Assembly: GCA_965267575.1 (NCBI GenBank)
Contig: OZ254086.1
Span: forward strand, 1,824,001-1,888,000
Source: Calditrichales bacterium
GTDB lineage: Bacteria; Calditrichota; Calditrichia; Calditrichales; J004
Reading direction: 5' to 3'
Length of the DNA stretch: 64,000 nt
Made by a program: the position numbers and the translations under genes. The notes beneath the pieces were generated by a model, which did not search any database, was not told where the DNA came from, and saw nothing but the letters and a program-made list of their open reading frames with translations. Below are positions 19,291 through 30,776 of this stretch, one piece after another. Positions within the stretch are counted from its first letter, which is position 1; each line of letters begins with the position of its first letter.

Positions 19291-19351
19291 TTTTCCTCCA
19301 ATTTCTAAAGCCTATAAATATAAGAGGCTTTTCAGGCTTTAGCAAGATAGT

Positions 19352-20602
19352 CTAGCTGCTCATTGAACGTAAAAAGTCTTTGTTGTTCTTGGTTTCTCTT
19401 ATTTTGTCCATCAAGAATTCCATACCTTCAACGATATTCATCTCGTTAAGCAGTTTTCTTAAAATCCAGATCCTTGAAAGTTCTTCCTTGGTGAGAAGTA
19501 ATTCCTCTTTTCGCGTACCGGATTTGTTGATATCTATTGAAGGGAATATTCTACGGTCGGAAAGGCGACGATCCAGAACAAGCTCCATGTTACCGGTTCC
19601 TTTGAATTCCTCAAAAATCACTTCGTCCATGCGCGACCCCGTATCGATCAGGGCTGTGGCGATGATAGTGAGGCTGCCGCCTTCTTCGATGTTGCGCGCC
19701 GACCCAAAAAAGCGCTTGGGTTTTTGCAGCGCGTTGGAGTCCACACCACCGGAAAGGATTTTGCCGCTGTGCGGAACAACCGTGTTGTGGGCACGCGCCA
19801 AACGCGTAATACTATCCAGAAGGATAACAACATCACGATTGTACTCAACCATGCGCTTTGCCTTTTCCAGCACCATATCCGAAACCTGGACGTGCCTTTC
19901 GGCCGGTTCGTCAAACGTTGAACTTATTACTTCGGCATCAACGGACCTTTCCATGTCGGTTACTTCTTCCGGGCGCTCATCAATAAGCAGTACCATCAGC
20001 TGGACTTCCGGGTGATTTTTGGTGATCGAATTGGCAATCTTTTGCAGCAGGATCGTTTTACCTGTTCTTGGTTGCGCGGTAATCAGACCTCGTTGTCCCT
20101 TCCCGATGGGGGTCAACAAATCCATGATACGCATGGAGTAATCGCTGCGCTCTGTTTCCAGGTTCACCCGTTCGTTGGGATAAAGCGGTGTTAGTGTATC
20201 AAAAAATTTACGCTGGCGCGCCTTATCCGGGCTTTCAAAGTTAACAGCTTCTACACGGAGCAGAGCAAAGAAGCGCTCGTTGTCTTTGGGGGGTCTTATC
20301 TGGCCCGTGACGGTATCGCCTGTGCGCAGGCCAAAGCGCTTTATTTGAGAAGGAGAGACGTAAATGTCATCCGGGCCGGGCAGATAACTGTAGTTTTGCG
20401 AACGTAAAAAGCCGTATCCGTCAGGCAGGATTTCAAGTACGCCCTTTGAAAATATGAGACCTTCCTGGGCGGTTTGCTCTTCAAGGATTCTGAAAATAAG
20501 CTCTTGTTTTTTCAGACCGGAAAAGCCCGTTACGTTCAGATCGTTCGCGATCTTTGTAAGTTCTGTTATCTTTTTTTCCTTTAATTCTTCAATGTCCAGC
20601 AT
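19352..20602 (-). CDS. rho: Transcription termination factor Rho
   Basis: [36 protein letters not shown]. Confidence 0.98.
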   Translation of the reverse strand: MLDIEELKEKKITELTKIANDLNVTGFSGLKKQELIFRILEEQTAQEGLIFSKGVLEILPDGYGFLRSQNYSYLPGPDDIYVSPSQIKRFGLRTGDTVTGQIRPPKDNERFFALLRVEAVNFESPDKARQRKFFDTLTPLYPNERVNLETERSDYSMRIMDLLTPIGKGQRGLITAQPRTGKTILLQKIANSITKNHPEVQLMVLLIDERPEEVTDMERSVDAEVISSTFDEPAERHVQVSDMVLEKAKRMVEYNRDVVILLDSITRLARAHNTVVPHSGKILSGGVDSNALQKPKRFFGSARNIEEGGSLTIIATALIDTGSRMDEVIFEEFKGTGNMELVLDRRLSDRRIFPSIDINKSGTRKEELLLTKEELSRIWILRKLLNEMNIVEGMEFLMDKIRETKNNKDFLRSMSS

Positions 20603-20710
20603 GATGGGCCTCTTATGAAGTTTTTAACTCTTGAGTAGATTGTTTTTATGGGGTTTTGGGAAAGACAGGTGTTTCGTTCGAGTGCCTGCAATATAAACGC
20701 ATTTTGGTTT

Positions 20711-21994
20711 TCATGTCAAATGATTCAGAATTTCTCCGACAAGGTAATGGCTGCCCATGATAAGAAGATTGTCCCGGGGGGAAAGTTCGCTTCTAATCCA
20801 TTCGAATGCCGTAACCGAATCTTTAATATTTTTTACATTTTGATTGTAGCTGTCGAGGTGCATTTTTAGCAGGCTGCTTTCCTGGCGCCTCTCGGTGGCA
20901 GGTTCTGTTACAACGATTGTATCAAACCTGTTGCCCAAAAAGCGGCAGATCTTTTCGGCATCTTTGTCATTAACAAGTCCTAATAATAACGTCTTGCGCC
21001 CTTGTTTCCATTCCGGAAAGCGTTCCAGGCTGGTAATTGTCGTCTTAACACCATCGAGGTTATGGCTTACATCCAGGATTATGTTGGGCTCTTTTTGTAT
21101 GATTTGCAGCCGGCCCGGCCATATCGTGTCGCTTATGCAGTCAACGGTTTTTTGCTTGGTGAATGACAGGCGCATTTGCTTTGCATAAAGCTGTGTGCAG
21201 AATAGGGCAAGGGCGATATTTGCGGCCTGGTATTCACCGTTCTGGCGAGTTTGCAGCTCGTATTGATCGGTTGTTTTATTTTGTTTGATCTCCAGCAAAA
21301 AACGTGTTCCATCCAGGGAAGTTTCTTTCACATGCCAGCGACAAAGTTCGGGAAGATAATGGAAGGGATTTTTTTGGGCCTTTTCCATAATCAAACGGTG
21401 AACCTCAGGTTCCTGACCGGCACAAACGACCAAAGCGCCCGGTTTAATGATGCCTGCCTTTTCCCCGGCGATTTGCGTAAGCGTGTTGCCAAGTTGCTTT
21501 TGATGGTCATAACCAATATTGGTTATAACCACCAGATGGGGCTGCACGATATTGGTCGAATCCAGGCGGCCGCCAAGACCTGTTTCAATCACAGCCACAT
21601 CGACTTTTTGTTCGCTGAAGTAATCAAAAGCCAGAGCCGTTGTCGTATCAAAAAAGGTGGCTTTGCGTTCAAGAACCCACTGTTTGTGCCTGCTCCAGAA
21701 CTCGCATACAAATTGTTCTGAGATGAGTTGATCGCCCACGCGAATCCGTTCCCTGAAGTTGACCAGATGGGGCGATGTGTAAAGGCCGACCTTTAAGCCC
21801 AGGGCGTCCAGAATTCTGGCAATAAACCAGGCGCTGCTGCCTTTGCCGTTTGTGCCCGCAAGATGGATAACCGGGTATTTTTTATGTGGCTGATTGAGGC
21901 GATCGCAAAGCGCGGTGATATTATCCAGCCCCAGCTTTATGGCAAATTGCTGAAGGCCAAAGAGCTCTTTAACGGTTTGCTGGTAATTATACAT
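20711..21994 (-). CDS. folC: Folylpolyglutamate/dihydrofolate synthase
   Basis: AGTNGKGS, YTSPHL, ETGLGGRLDSTN, WPGRLQ. Confidence 0.95.
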   Translation of the reverse strand: MYNYQQTVKELFGLQQFAIKLGLDNITALCDRLNQPHKKYPVIHLAGTNGKGSSAWFIARILDALGLKVGLYTSPHLVNFRERIRVGDQLISEQFVCEFWSRHKQWVLERKATFFDTTTALAFDYFSEQKVDVAVIETGLGGRLDSTNIVQPHLVVITNIGYDHQKQLGNTLTQIAGEKAGIIKPGALVVCAGQEPEVHRLIMEKAQKNPFHYLPELCRWHVKETSLDGTRFLLEIKQNKTTDQYELQTRQNGEYQAANIALALFCTQLYAKQMRLSFTKQKTVDCISDTIWPGRLQIIQKEPNIILDVSHNLDGVKTTITSLERFPEWKQGRKTLLLGLVNDKDAEKICRFLGNRFDTIVVTEPATERRQESSLLKMHLDSYNQNVKNIKDSVTAFEWIRSELSPRDNLLIMGSHYLVGEILNHLT

Positions 21995-22000
21995 ATGAGG

Positions 22001-22408
22001 TTATATAAGCTTCCCCAAAATAAATCCAATCACGATGCCAACAAGTAAAACGACAGTGAGAATACGATAATTGACGACGTCTTTTGTGTAGCCACGTTTG
22101 ATCGCGAGAATAGAGACAAAATAGCCCAGCGCATTAATCAGCCAAAACAGCGGTAATGCCAGCACTTTGGCTATTATCGGACCAATAAGCGGGATCAGTC
22201 CTATAATATTGATAAGCCCGATAAAAGCCTGGGAAATGATACCAAAAATCACCACAGAGCCACCGATAACGGTTTTATCCACGTCATAATTAATGGCTAC
22301 GATCACAAACGATATCAATAGTATCCAGGTGACGATCGTTTTCCAGAAAGCCTGAAAAAAGAGCTTAAAGGAAAGAGTATAATGCTTGAGTTGGTCTTTG
22401 TCCGGCAT
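22001..22408 (-). CDS. Hypothetical membrane protein
   Basis: 135 aa, several hydrophobic helices, coupled between uppS and folC. Confidence 0.75.
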   Translation of the reverse strand: MPDKDQLKHYTLSFKLFFQAFWKTIVTWILLISFVIVAINYDVDKTVIGGSVVIFGIISQAFIGLINIIGLIPLIGPIIAKVLALPLFWLINALGYFVSILAIKRGYTKDVVNYRILTVVLLVGIVIGFILGKLI

Positions 22409-23202
22409 CAGATGTTGTTGAGCGCTACTCCGGGCTCCAGTTGTTCACTGATTTTGCCATAACGCCGTTCGCGCTGCAGGAAACTCCATACCGCCTCGAT
22501 AAGCTGCGGTTTTCGGAATTCCGGCCATGGTGTGGAGGTAACGTAAAGTTCAGAATAGGCAATCTGCCAAAGAAGGAAATTGCTGATGCGGTTTTCACCG
22601 CCCGTACGTATAATGAGATCGGGATCGGGCTGACCGCAGGTGTCCAGTTCCCTGGCAATAGCCTGGTCGTCGATATCTTCCGGCTGCAGTTCTCCGCGCT
22701 TGATCAGATGGGCAATTTTGCGCATAGCATCGATGAGTTCCTGCCGGCCGCCGTAGCTTAGCGCTACATTTAATATAAGGCCGGTATTTCGGTGGGTTCT
22801 TTTTATGGCAGAAAGCATGCTCTTCTGCGCCCGCTCGGGCAGTTTGTTCAGGTGCCCGATTGTCCTGATCTGCACATTTTGCTTGGCAAGACGGTTGATT
22901 TTTTTATTCACTGTGGATACCAGCAACTGCATCAACGCGGAAACTTCCCAACTAGGACGCTTCCAGTTTTCCTCGGAAAAAGTGTAAATCGTAAGGTTGT
23001 TTACGCCCATTTCAGAGCAGCCTTCCACGATTGCTTCCACGGAATCAACACCAATGTTATGTCCGGCCACACGCGGCAAACCCTTGGCCTTGGCCCAGCG
23101 CCCGTTTCCGTCCATTATAATCCCGATGTGCTTAGGAAGATTGGGGTGTTGTTTTATGAAATTTAGCTTTTCCTGATATTCCAGAGGTAAATCGTTAGAC
23201 AA
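22408..23202 (-). CDS. uppS: Isoprenyl transferase (undecaprenyl diphosphate synthase)
   Basis: HIGIIMDGNGRWA, FSEENWKRP, LIIRTGGENRISNFLLWQ; TTG 23202 preferred, start uncertain. Confidence 0.95.
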   Translation of the reverse strand: MSNDLPLEYQEKLNFIKQHPNLPKHIGIIMDGNGRWAKAKGLPRVAGHNIGVDSVEAIVEGCSEMGVNNLTIYTFSEENWKRPSWEVSALMQLLVSTVNKKINRLAKQNVQIRTIGHLNKLPERAQKSMLSAIKRTHRNTGLILNVALSYGGRQELIDAMRKIAHLIKRGELQPEDIDDQAIARELDTCGQPDPDLIIRTGGENRISNFLLWQIAYSELYVTSTPWPEFRKPQLIEAVWSFLQRERRYGKISEQLEPGVALNNI

Positions 23203-23422
23203 TTTCGTTCCCTGTTTAGAGATTCTATCCGTAATAAAAACGGGATAATTTAAACTGAATGCAAATAAAGTCAAGGCCTATACTTCGACCTTGTTTTTTC
23301 ACTCTTAAGCTACGTTATTAAAGAGATTTCTTTCTACCAGGTTCCATCGTGATTGTTTGCTTTTATTAAACAGGCAGATTAACTTCATCGGCTATTTGAG
23401 ATATTAAGGAAAACAGCCATTT

Positions 23423-25231
23423 ATGTACCTGGATTTTATCCGAAATTTTTGCATTATCGCTCATATTGACCACGGTAAATCTACCCTTGCAGACAGGCTT
23501 CTGGAGCATACTCAAACTGTCAGCCAGCGTGAACTGAAAGAGCAGATGCTGGACAGCATGGATCTGGAGCGCGAGCGCGGCATTACCATTAAATCACATG
23601 CCATCCGCATGAATTACAAGGCCGATGATGGCAATACCTATATATTTAACCTGATCGATACGCCGGGACACGTGGATTTTAGCTACGAGGTATCACGTAG
23701 TCTCGCTGCCTGCGAGGGCGCACTGCTCGTTGTGGATGCGGCCCAGGGCGTGGAGGCGCAAACCATCAGTAATCTGTACCTGGCCGTTGAAAGCGATCTG
23801 ACCATTATTCCGGTTATTAACAAAGTAGATCTGCCAAGCGCTGAGGTGGAAAAAGTCAAGAACCAGATTATCGAACTGATTGGTTGCGATGAAGATGAAA
23901 TTTTGCTCGCTTCGGCCAAAAGCGGCATCGGCATCCACGATATACTGGAACGCATCACGCGGGAGATCCCGCCGCCCAAAGGCGAGCCGGAAGGCAAACT
24001 GCAGGCACTTATTTTCGATTCCCTTTTTGACAGCTATCGCGGAGCGATCGCCTTTATCCGTGTTTTCAACGGTACGCTCAAAAAAGGTGAAGGCATACGT
24101 TTTTTCAGCAACACGCAATATTATGAAGCTGATGAGATCGGCACGTTGCGCTTAACGCGTGTGCCCGGCAAGGAGCTGCGGGCCGGCGAAGTGGGTTACC
24201 TGATTTCCGGCGCCAAAGATGTGCGAGATACCAAGGTGGGCGACACAGTTACGCACTCAAAGAATCCCGCTGAAAAGCCGTTGGCCGGTTATAAGGAAGT
24301 AAAGCCGATGGTATATTCCGGTATTTACCCCATTATCAGTGAAGATTTTGAAGACCTGCGCGATGCCCTGGATAAACTTACCCTTAACGATTCGGCGCTT
24401 GTTTACGTGCCGGAAACTTCCAAGGCGCTGGGTTTTGGTTTCCGCTGCGGCTTCCTTGGATTGCTGCATATGGAAATTGTGCAGGAACGGTTAGAGCGCG
24501 AATATGATCTGAGCATCATAAATACGGTGCCCAACGTGGTATATAAGGTGTATCTGACCAATGGCGAAATGGAGGAAATCGACAATCCGACCGAACTGCC
24601 CAATGCCGGCAACATCGATAAGATTGAAGAGCCGTATATCCGCGCCCAGATCCTGACACCACCGGAATATATAGGCAACATTATGAAGCTGAGCCAGGAA
24701 AAGCGCGGTGTGTTTGTCAATACAACCTACCTGGATGTGAACCGCGCCGATATGACAATCCTGTTTCCTTTGGGCGAGGTGATTTTTGATTTTTACGATC
24801 GCCTGAAATCTTATACGCGCGGCTATGCTTCGCTGGATTACGAATTTGATGAATACAAAGAGAGCGACCTGATCAAGCTGGATATTCTGATCAATGGTGA
24901 ACCTTTGGACGCGTTGTCGACCATTGTGCATCGCGAAAAGGCCTACGACTGGGGCCGGCGTCTCTGCCGCCAGCTCAGGAAACTGATCCCGAGGCAGATG
25001 TTCGAGGTGGCCATACAGGCAGCCATTGGCTCCAAGGTAATAGCGCGTGAAACCGTTAAGGCTATCCGCAAAAACGTGTTGGCAAAGTGCTATGGCGGTG
25101 ACGTAACCCGTAAGCGCAAGCTCCTGGAGAAACAAAAAGAAGGCAAAAAACGTATGAAGCAGGTCGGTCGCGTGGAGATTCCGCAGGAAGCTTTTCTGGC
25201 CGTACTATCAATGGATGAGGGCGATGATTAG
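23423..25231 (+). CDS. lepA: Elongation factor 4
   Basis: [45 protein letters not shown]. Confidence 0.98.
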   Translation: MYLDFIRNFCIIAHIDHGKSTLADRLLEHTQTVSQRELKEQMLDSMDLERERGITIKSHAIRMNYKADDGNTYIFNLIDTPGHVDFSYEVSRSLAACEGALLVVDAAQGVEAQTISNLYLAVESDLTIIPVINKVDLPSAEVEKVKNQIIELIGCDEDEILLASAKSGIGIHDILERITREIPPPKGEPEGKLQALIFDSLFDSYRGAIAFIRVFNGTLKKGEGIRFFSNTQYYEADEIGTLRLTRVPGKELRAGEVGYLISGAKDVRDTKVGDTVTHSKNPAEKPLAGYKEVKPMVYSGIYPIISEDFEDLRDALDKLTLNDSALVYVPETSKALGFGFRCGFLGLLHMEIVQERLEREYDLSIINTVPNVVYKVYLTNGEMEEIDNPTELPNAGNIDKIEEPYIRAQILTPPEYIGNIMKLSQEKRGVFVNTTYLDVNRADMTILFPLGEVIFDFYDRLKSYTRGYASLDYEFDEYKESDLIKLDILINGEPLDALSTIVHREKAYDWGRRLCRQLRKLIPRQMFEVAIQAAIGSKVIARETVKAIRKNVLAKCYGGDVTRKRKLLEKQKEGKKRMKQVGRVEIPQEAFLAVLSMDEGDD

Positions 25232-25251
25232 GTCGCTGATGGAGGATAGAG

Positions 25252-25965
25252 TTGAGCAAAGAGTCTGTTAAAAAAGAGAAAAATGCCCGCGACGTTATCC
25301 GCGGCCTCTTCTTCGCGCTGATCATAGCGCTTATTATTCGCCAGTTTGTTGTTCAGGCCTATACGATTCCCACCGGTTCCATGGAAGACACCTTGCTGAT
25401 CGGCGATTTTTTGCTTGTAAATAAATTTGTTTACGGCATGCGTACCCCCGACTGGATCGGCATTCCCTATACAAAGTATGGATTCGATCTGCCCTGGCTG
25501 CGCTTTCCGGCCATAAAAGATGTAAAGCCGTATGACGTCGTGATTTTCCGTTTCCCTGAAGATACCAGCGTGGATTATATAAAACGTTGCGTAGCCACCG
25601 GCGGCCAGACGGTCGAGATCGTGGACAAAAAAATCATGGTGGACGGCGAGCCTTTTCCACGCCCGCCTGAGATGAAATTAATCGACAAACAGGTGTACCA
25701 GCGCAACGAATTCCCCAACTACAGCACATTCCGCGGCCTGGGCACGCGCGACAACTATGGCCCGATCACGGTGCGCGAAGACAGCTACTGGGTTATGGGC
25801 GATAACCGCGACAATAGCCTGGACAGCCGCTTCTGGGGATTTGTACCCCATGAGCTGATCGTCGGCCAGGCGCTGATCATCTATTTTTCATTGGATTACG
25901 ATGACTGGCCGCGCAAATTTTATGAAATGGTCCGTCTGAGTCGTATCGGATGGGTTATTCGCTAG
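25252..25965 (+). CDS. lepB: Signal peptidase I
   Basis: IPTGSMEDTL, YIKRC, MGDNRDNSLDSRFWG. Confidence 0.96.
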   Translation: MSKESVKKEKNARDVIRGLFFALIIALIIRQFVVQAYTIPTGSMEDTLLIGDFLLVNKFVYGMRTPDWIGIPYTKYGFDLPWLRFPAIKDVKPYDVVIFRFPEDTSVDYIKRCVATGGQTVEIVDKKIMVDGEPFPRPPEMKLIDKQVYQRNEFPNYSTFRGLGTRDNYGPITVREDSYWVMGDNRDNSLDSRFWGFVPHELIVGQALIIYFSLDYDDWPRKFYEMVRLSRIGWVIR

Positions 25966-25969
25966 CCCA

Positions 25970-27139
25970 ATGGCTTTGAAAAGCAAGAAGAACATTAGTA
26001 CCAATCCGGGGCTTTACATACACATCCCCTATTGCGATACCAAGTGCGGTTATTGCGATTTTTACTCCATCACCAATCACTCCACGCGTAAAGAGTTTAT
26101 CCCGGCCCTGCAAGCAGAGATGGATCTGTATGCCCGCCCGCCATTTTCCAAAGCCCTGTTTGACACAATCTATCTTGGCGGAGGTACACCCTCGCTGCTG
26201 GAGCCTGCCGAGCTAGAACAGATATTCAACCGTTTGCGCGCGCATTATGGATTTGCGGAGGATTGTGAAATTACCCTGGAGGCCAACCCCGGTACATTAA
26301 ATGAAGCAAAGCTGCGGGCCTATAAAGAGTTGGGCGTTAACCGGCTGAGTATCGGTATTCAGAGCTTCGATGAGAGGGAATTAAAATTGCTTGGCCGCAT
26401 ACATTCCGCGGATGACGCGCGCAGAAGTGTAGAGAAAACACGCTCGGCTGGCATTGTTAATATTAGCGTGGATTTGATTTTTGCCCTGCCCGGTCAAAGC
26501 CTGGAAACGTGGCAATCCAATATGGCCGAAGCGCTGAAGCTGGAGCCGCAGCATATTTCCGCCTATAACCTTATTTTCGAATCGGGAACGCAGTTTTACA
26601 AAAAGATGATTGTAGGCGAGATCGTTCCCAAAAGCGAAAACGAGGAGTGGCTTTTTTTTCGTGAAACGATTAAGACTCTGGAAAAAGGCGGCCTGAGCCA
26701 GTATGAGGTTTCCAATTACGCAGCGAGCGAGTCGCTCTACTCACGGCACAATTGTAAATATTGGGACCATACGCCATACCTGTCATTGGGGCCGTCGGCG
26801 CACTCTTACTGGGACGGAAAGCGCTGGTCCAACATGCGATCGGCCGCAGGCTATATAAAAAAGCTGCAGGAAGGGATATTACCTTTGGATTTTGAAGAGA
26901 ACCTGGACGAGGCTACTTTGCGTTTTGAACGGATGATGCTGGGATTGCGCACGCGCTACGGCGTGGATTTGGCCAGATTCCGGGAACATTTTCGGCAGCC
27001 GCCCGATAGCTATTATCCCGGCGTAATAGAGGCGCTGCTGGAAAACCGCTACGCTGAAATTAAAGACGGTTTTTTTCGTCTGACCAAAAAAGGATTGATG
27101 ATCTGTGATGAGATTGTGGCACGTTTTGCCCCGGCTTAG
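25970..27139 (+). CDS. hemW: Radical SAM heme chaperone HemW
   Basis: LYIHIPYCDTKCGYCDF, GGGTPS, YEVSNY, HNCKYW. Confidence 0.92.
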   Translation: MALKSKKNISTNPGLYIHIPYCDTKCGYCDFYSITNHSTRKEFIPALQAEMDLYARPPFSKALFDTIYLGGGTPSLLEPAELEQIFNRLRAHYGFAEDCEITLEANPGTLNEAKLRAYKELGVNRLSIGIQSFDERELKLLGRIHSADDARRSVEKTRSAGIVNISVDLIFALPGQSLETWQSNMAEALKLEPQHISAYNLIFESGTQFYKKMIVGEIVPKSENEEWLFFRETIKTLEKGGLSQYEVSNYAASESLYSRHNCKYWDHTPYLSLGPSAHSYWDGKRWSNMRSAAGYIKKLQEGILPLDFEENLDEATLRFERMMLGLRTRYGVDLARFREHFRQPPDSYYPGVIEALLENRYAEIKDGFFRLTKKGLMICDEIVARFAPA

Positions 27140-28913
27140 TTTTTTTGCGCTATTGCTTTCCGCGACCCTCACCTTTGCCCAAAATCCGCAGGAGTTGCAG
27201 CTTGCCGAACGCCTGATGCGGGCAGGCAATTTTGAAACGGCCTTACGGGTTTTTGAACGCCATTATGATGCCGGCATTTATACGCCCAAGGTGGTAAATG
27301 GCATTAGCCGCTGTCTTCGTGAGTTAGGGCAGTACGGCAGGTGGGTGGATTTTCTGATGGAGGTAAACCGCCGCAGCCCGGACGTTTACTCCTACCAGAT
27401 TGAATTGGGGGAAGCGCTCTATTTCAACAAGCAGCAGGACAGCGCTTTTGCCGTCTGGCGCGACGTGTACCAGACCGAACGCCCCGATATTATGCGCTAC
27501 CGGCTGGTGGCCCAGGCCATGGCCAATCTGCGGCTGATGGATGACGCGGCCGATGTTTACCTGGCGGCACTGGAACGGATGCCCAACCAGTTAACCCTGC
27601 ATTTTGACCTGGCCAATCTTTACCGCATTCAACTGGAATACGAAAAGGCGGTGGATCACTACATGGTCTACTTTGAGCGTTTTGACAAACAGCGCTCTTA
27701 TGTCAGGTCGTTGATTCTGAATATGGCACGGGACGATGAAGCGACCCAACGCATTATTGACCGGCTGGAAGAAAAAGAGGTTGATGGCAATCCCGATATG
27801 ATGGAGCTTTTGGCCAACCTGTACATGCGCAAAAAAAGCTATGCCCGCGCCTTTGAGCTTTACCGCGCAATCGAGCGTTACAGCGAACCGGGAACGTTTG
27901 CCTACATGAAACGCTTTGCGGTTGAAGCTGCCAAAGATGACGAATGGCCCTACGCCATCCGCGCTTACGATTACATGCTTCAAAACAGCGGGGAAAGACC
28001 TGCTGAAATTTTGTTCCGGATGGCGGAGGCCACCTATAGGTACGGGCGCGCCCAGAGCGACAGTCTGCCGCAACAGGCCTCTCAAAATGTAAACAAAGCT
28101 CTTGCGCTGCTGCAGGAAATCGATGCCCGCGGCAATTACGGTCGTGCGGCACGGGAACTGAGCGGGGATATTTACCTGGACTATTTTGAGGATCTCGATA
28201 AAGCACTGGAGTTGTATCGCTCGCTGCAGCCGGAAAAGATGAGGGGCGCCCAGGCCGATCGCCTGAAAATTAAAACAGCGGAAGTGATGCTTCTGAAAAA
28301 TGACTTGAAAGCGGCGGAAGATTTATACAAAGCCGTTGAAGATCAGCGCTATCAAAGTCTGGCGAATTTCCGCATGGCGGAGTTGCGTCTTTTCCGCGGC
28401 CAGGTGGAGCCGGCAAAAGAAGCGTTTAACGCCGTACTGGCAGCGGCGGGCATGCAGGACTCGCTTGCAAACAACGCGCTGGAGCAGATATTTTTTATTG
28501 ATAATTTTGCGGCGGACAGTGCCGCTTTCCGGAAATTTGTTGAAGCCGAGTTGCAGCAGAGGCAGAAGCAATACGGCCGTGCCGCCAAAACCTTTGAAGA
28601 GGTGGCAGGGGGCAGCGGTTCTCTGGCGCTGGAGGCGGCGTGGCGCGCGGCGGATTTGTACAAGCATCTGGATGAGACGGACAAGGCCGTTGAGCTGCTG
28701 GCAAATTCGCTGGACCGTTTTACGAATGCCGACGGTATTGATAAGATCACTTTTTTGCTGGCCACTATCCTCGAGGAAAAAGGCGACTTTGAAAGGGCGC
28801 TGACGCTTTACCGCGAAATCATCATCAACTACCCGTCCGGTTTCTACAATGAGGATGCCCGCCTGCGCGCACGGCAGATCACCGAGAAAATCCAAAACAC
28901 GGTTACACCCTGA
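27105..28913 (+). CDS. Exported tetratricopeptide-repeat protein
   Basis: Signal peptide, repeated TPR-like helical pairs, ends IIINYPSG. Confidence 0.85.
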   Translation: MMRLWHVLPRLSFFALLLSATLTFAQNPQELQLAERLMRAGNFETALRVFERHYDAGIYTPKVVNGISRCLRELGQYGRWVDFLMEVNRRSPDVYSYQIELGEALYFNKQQDSAFAVWRDVYQTERPDIMRYRLVAQAMANLRLMDDAADVYLAALERMPNQLTLHFDLANLYRIQLEYEKAVDHYMVYFERFDKQRSYVRSLILNMARDDEATQRIIDRLEEKEVDGNPDMMELLANLYMRKKSYARAFELYRAIERYSEPGTFAYMKRFAVEAAKDDEWPYAIRAYDYMLQNSGERPAEILFRMAEATYRYGRAQSDSLPQQASQNVNKALALLQEIDARGNYGRAARELSGDIYLDYFEDLDKALELYRSLQPEKMRGAQADRLKIKTAEVMLLKNDLKAAEDLYKAVEDQRYQSLANFRMAELRLFRGQVEPAKEAFNAVLAAAGMQDSLANNALEQIFFIDNFAADSAAFRKFVEAELQQRQKQYGRAAKTFEEVAGGSGSLALEAAWRAADLYKHLDETDKAVELLANSLDRFTNADGIDKITFLLATILEEKGDFERALTLYREIIINYPSGFYNEDARLRARQITEKIQNTVTP

Positions 28914-30175
28914 TGCGATTTACCCGAAAGATATTGACAATCCTTCTATTTACTTTTGCCGCCACCCAGGCCCAGTATATCCTGGTACCGATGGACCTGT
29001 CACAGACCAACCATCTTAAAGCTTACGGCGTGGCCTGGTGGATACTGAAAAAAGAGATCAACGTGGAGTGGCTGCTCAATTATCGCGGCGGGTCGTTTTT
29101 GTTTACGGACGCCCGGGCCTTCCGTGACGAGCTGGAGCTGCGCGGCATAAAGTATGAACCTCTTTCCGGGGTACAGGTAAATTCCATCTACGCGGAAATC
29201 GAAGAGAACAACATGGAAAAAGTGCTGCTGGAAAAGGCGCCGAAAATCGCCGTGTACACACCACCCGGCTACCAGCCCTGGGATGATGCCGTTACGCTGG
29301 CCATGACCTACGCGGAAATCGAATATGATAAGGTGTACGATGAAAAGGTGCTGGAGGGCAAGCTGGCCGAGTACGACTGGCTGCACCTGCACCACGAGGA
29401 TTTTACAGGCCAGTTCGGCAAGTTTTACGCCAGTTTCCGTAATGAGCCGTGGTATATAAAACAGCAGAAGGAATCCGAGCAGCTTGCCGCGCAACTGGGT
29501 TTTAACAAGGTTTCCGAACAAAAGCGCGCCGTCGCTTTTGAAATCCGGGACTATGTGCGGCAGGGTGGATTTATCTTCGCCATGTGCTCGGCCACGGACG
29601 CGCTGGACATCGCGCTTTCGTCCTGGCAGACGGATATCGTTGCGGCTGTTTTTGACGGCGACCCCGTGGAGCCGGGCTACCAAGAGAAGCTGGACTTTTC
29701 GCAGACGCTGGCATTTGAAGATTTTGAGCTGATGCCCGATCCCTCGATTTACGAGTTCTCCGACATTGATGTACCTCCCAGCCATATGCCGCGGTTGCGT
29801 GACCCGGAAAGCGACTATTTTTCGCTGTTCGAGTTTTCCGCCAAATATGACCCTGTGCCGACCATGCTGACGCAGAACCACGTTAACATCGTGAAGGGCT
29901 TTATGGGGCAAACGACCATGTTCCGTGAAAGCAAAATCAAGCCCAAGGTTACGATAATGGGCAAGATCGAAGAGAGTAATGAAGTTAAATATATTCACGG
30001 GAATGTGGGCAAAGGCACGTTTACGTTTTTGGGCGGCCACGACCCGGAAGATTACACTCACCGTGTCGGGGATCCGCCGACGGACCTTAACCTGCATCAA
30101 AATTCACCGGGCTACCGCCTGATCCTGAATAATGTTTTATTCCCTGCGGCACGGAAGAAAAAACTTAAAACCTGA
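28913..30175 (+). CDS. Conserved exported FCB-group protein (often mislabelled asparagine synthetase B)
   Basis: Signal peptide; HLKAYG, WLLNYRGGSF, WLHLHHEDFTGQ, FAMCSATD, GHDPEDY. Confidence 0.75.
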   Translation: MRFTRKILTILLFTFAATQAQYILVPMDLSQTNHLKAYGVAWWILKKEINVEWLLNYRGGSFLFTDARAFRDELELRGIKYEPLSGVQVNSIYAEIEENNMEKVLLEKAPKIAVYTPPGYQPWDDAVTLAMTYAEIEYDKVYDEKVLEGKLAEYDWLHLHHEDFTGQFGKFYASFRNEPWYIKQQKESEQLAAQLGFNKVSEQKRAVAFEIRDYVRQGGFIFAMCSATDALDIALSSWQTDIVAAVFDGDPVEPGYQEKLDFSQTLAFEDFELMPDPSIYEFSDIDVPPSHMPRLRDPESDYFSLFEFSAKYDPVPTMLTQNHVNIVKGFMGQTTMFRESKIKPKVTIMGKIEESNEVKYIHGNVGKGTFTFLGGHDPEDYTHRVGDPPTDLNLHQNSPGYRLILNNVLFPAARKKKLKT

Positions 30176-30183
30176 ACGGATTT

Positions 30184-30280
30184 TGACGGGAAAACAGGAT
30201 GGACAAGATAAAGTGAAACAAATTTTGTTCGTTAGAAATATCTCGAATTATTATATCTTATTAATCCTGTAATCCTGTCT
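30184..30280. repeat. Imperfect palindromic intergenic element (acaggat/atcctgt units)
   Basis: gacgggaaaacaggatggacaagata ... tatcttattaatcctgtaatcctgtc. Confidence 0.55.
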
Positions 30281-30307
30281 AATCTTTTTAAAGAAATTGA
30301 GGGTAAA

Positions 30308-30700
30308 ATGATCTCATTTTCGGTTAAGACATCTGAGCGTACTGAAATGATAGATATAACCGGGCGTGTGCAGCAGGCACTGGCCGAGCAGGATTTGCAG
30401 GATGGCATTGTGCTGGTTTTTGTACCGCATACCACGGCCGGCATAACGATCAACGAAAACGCCGACCCCGATGTGGAAAGAGACATGCTGAAGGAAATGA
30501 ACAAAGTGATCCCGTTTGAGGATAACTACCGCCATGCCGAAGGAAACAGCGCCGCGCACATTAAAGCGTCCTTATTCGGCTCGTCGGTGCAGGTGATTGT
30601 GAAAGACGGCCGCATGCAGCTGGGCACCTGGCAAGGCATTTTTTTCTGCGAATTTGATGGCCCGCGTCAGCGCAAAGTATGGATAAGTACACTAAAATAG
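30308..30700 (+). CDS. yjbQ: YjbQ/UPF0047 family protein
   Basis: VPHTTAGITINENADPDV, HAEGNSAAHIK, GTWQGIFFCEFDGPR. Confidence 0.93.
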   Translation: MISFSVKTSERTEMIDITGRVQQALAEQDLQDGIVLVFVPHTTAGITINENADPDVERDMLKEMNKVIPFEDNYRHAEGNSAAHIKASLFGSSVQVIVKDGRMQLGTWQGIFFCEFDGPRQRKVWISTLK

Positions 30701-30776
30701 CCTAAACTTGCCCCATAAAGAGGCACCCTGTAAATTTTACCAAAAAAATACCTGCCACGTTTGAAGGAGTAATTTC

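Noticed and set aside
28913-30175. Asparagine synthetase B assignment
   Set aside because: No N-terminal Cys Ntn domain or SGGLDS motif, and it carries a signal peptide
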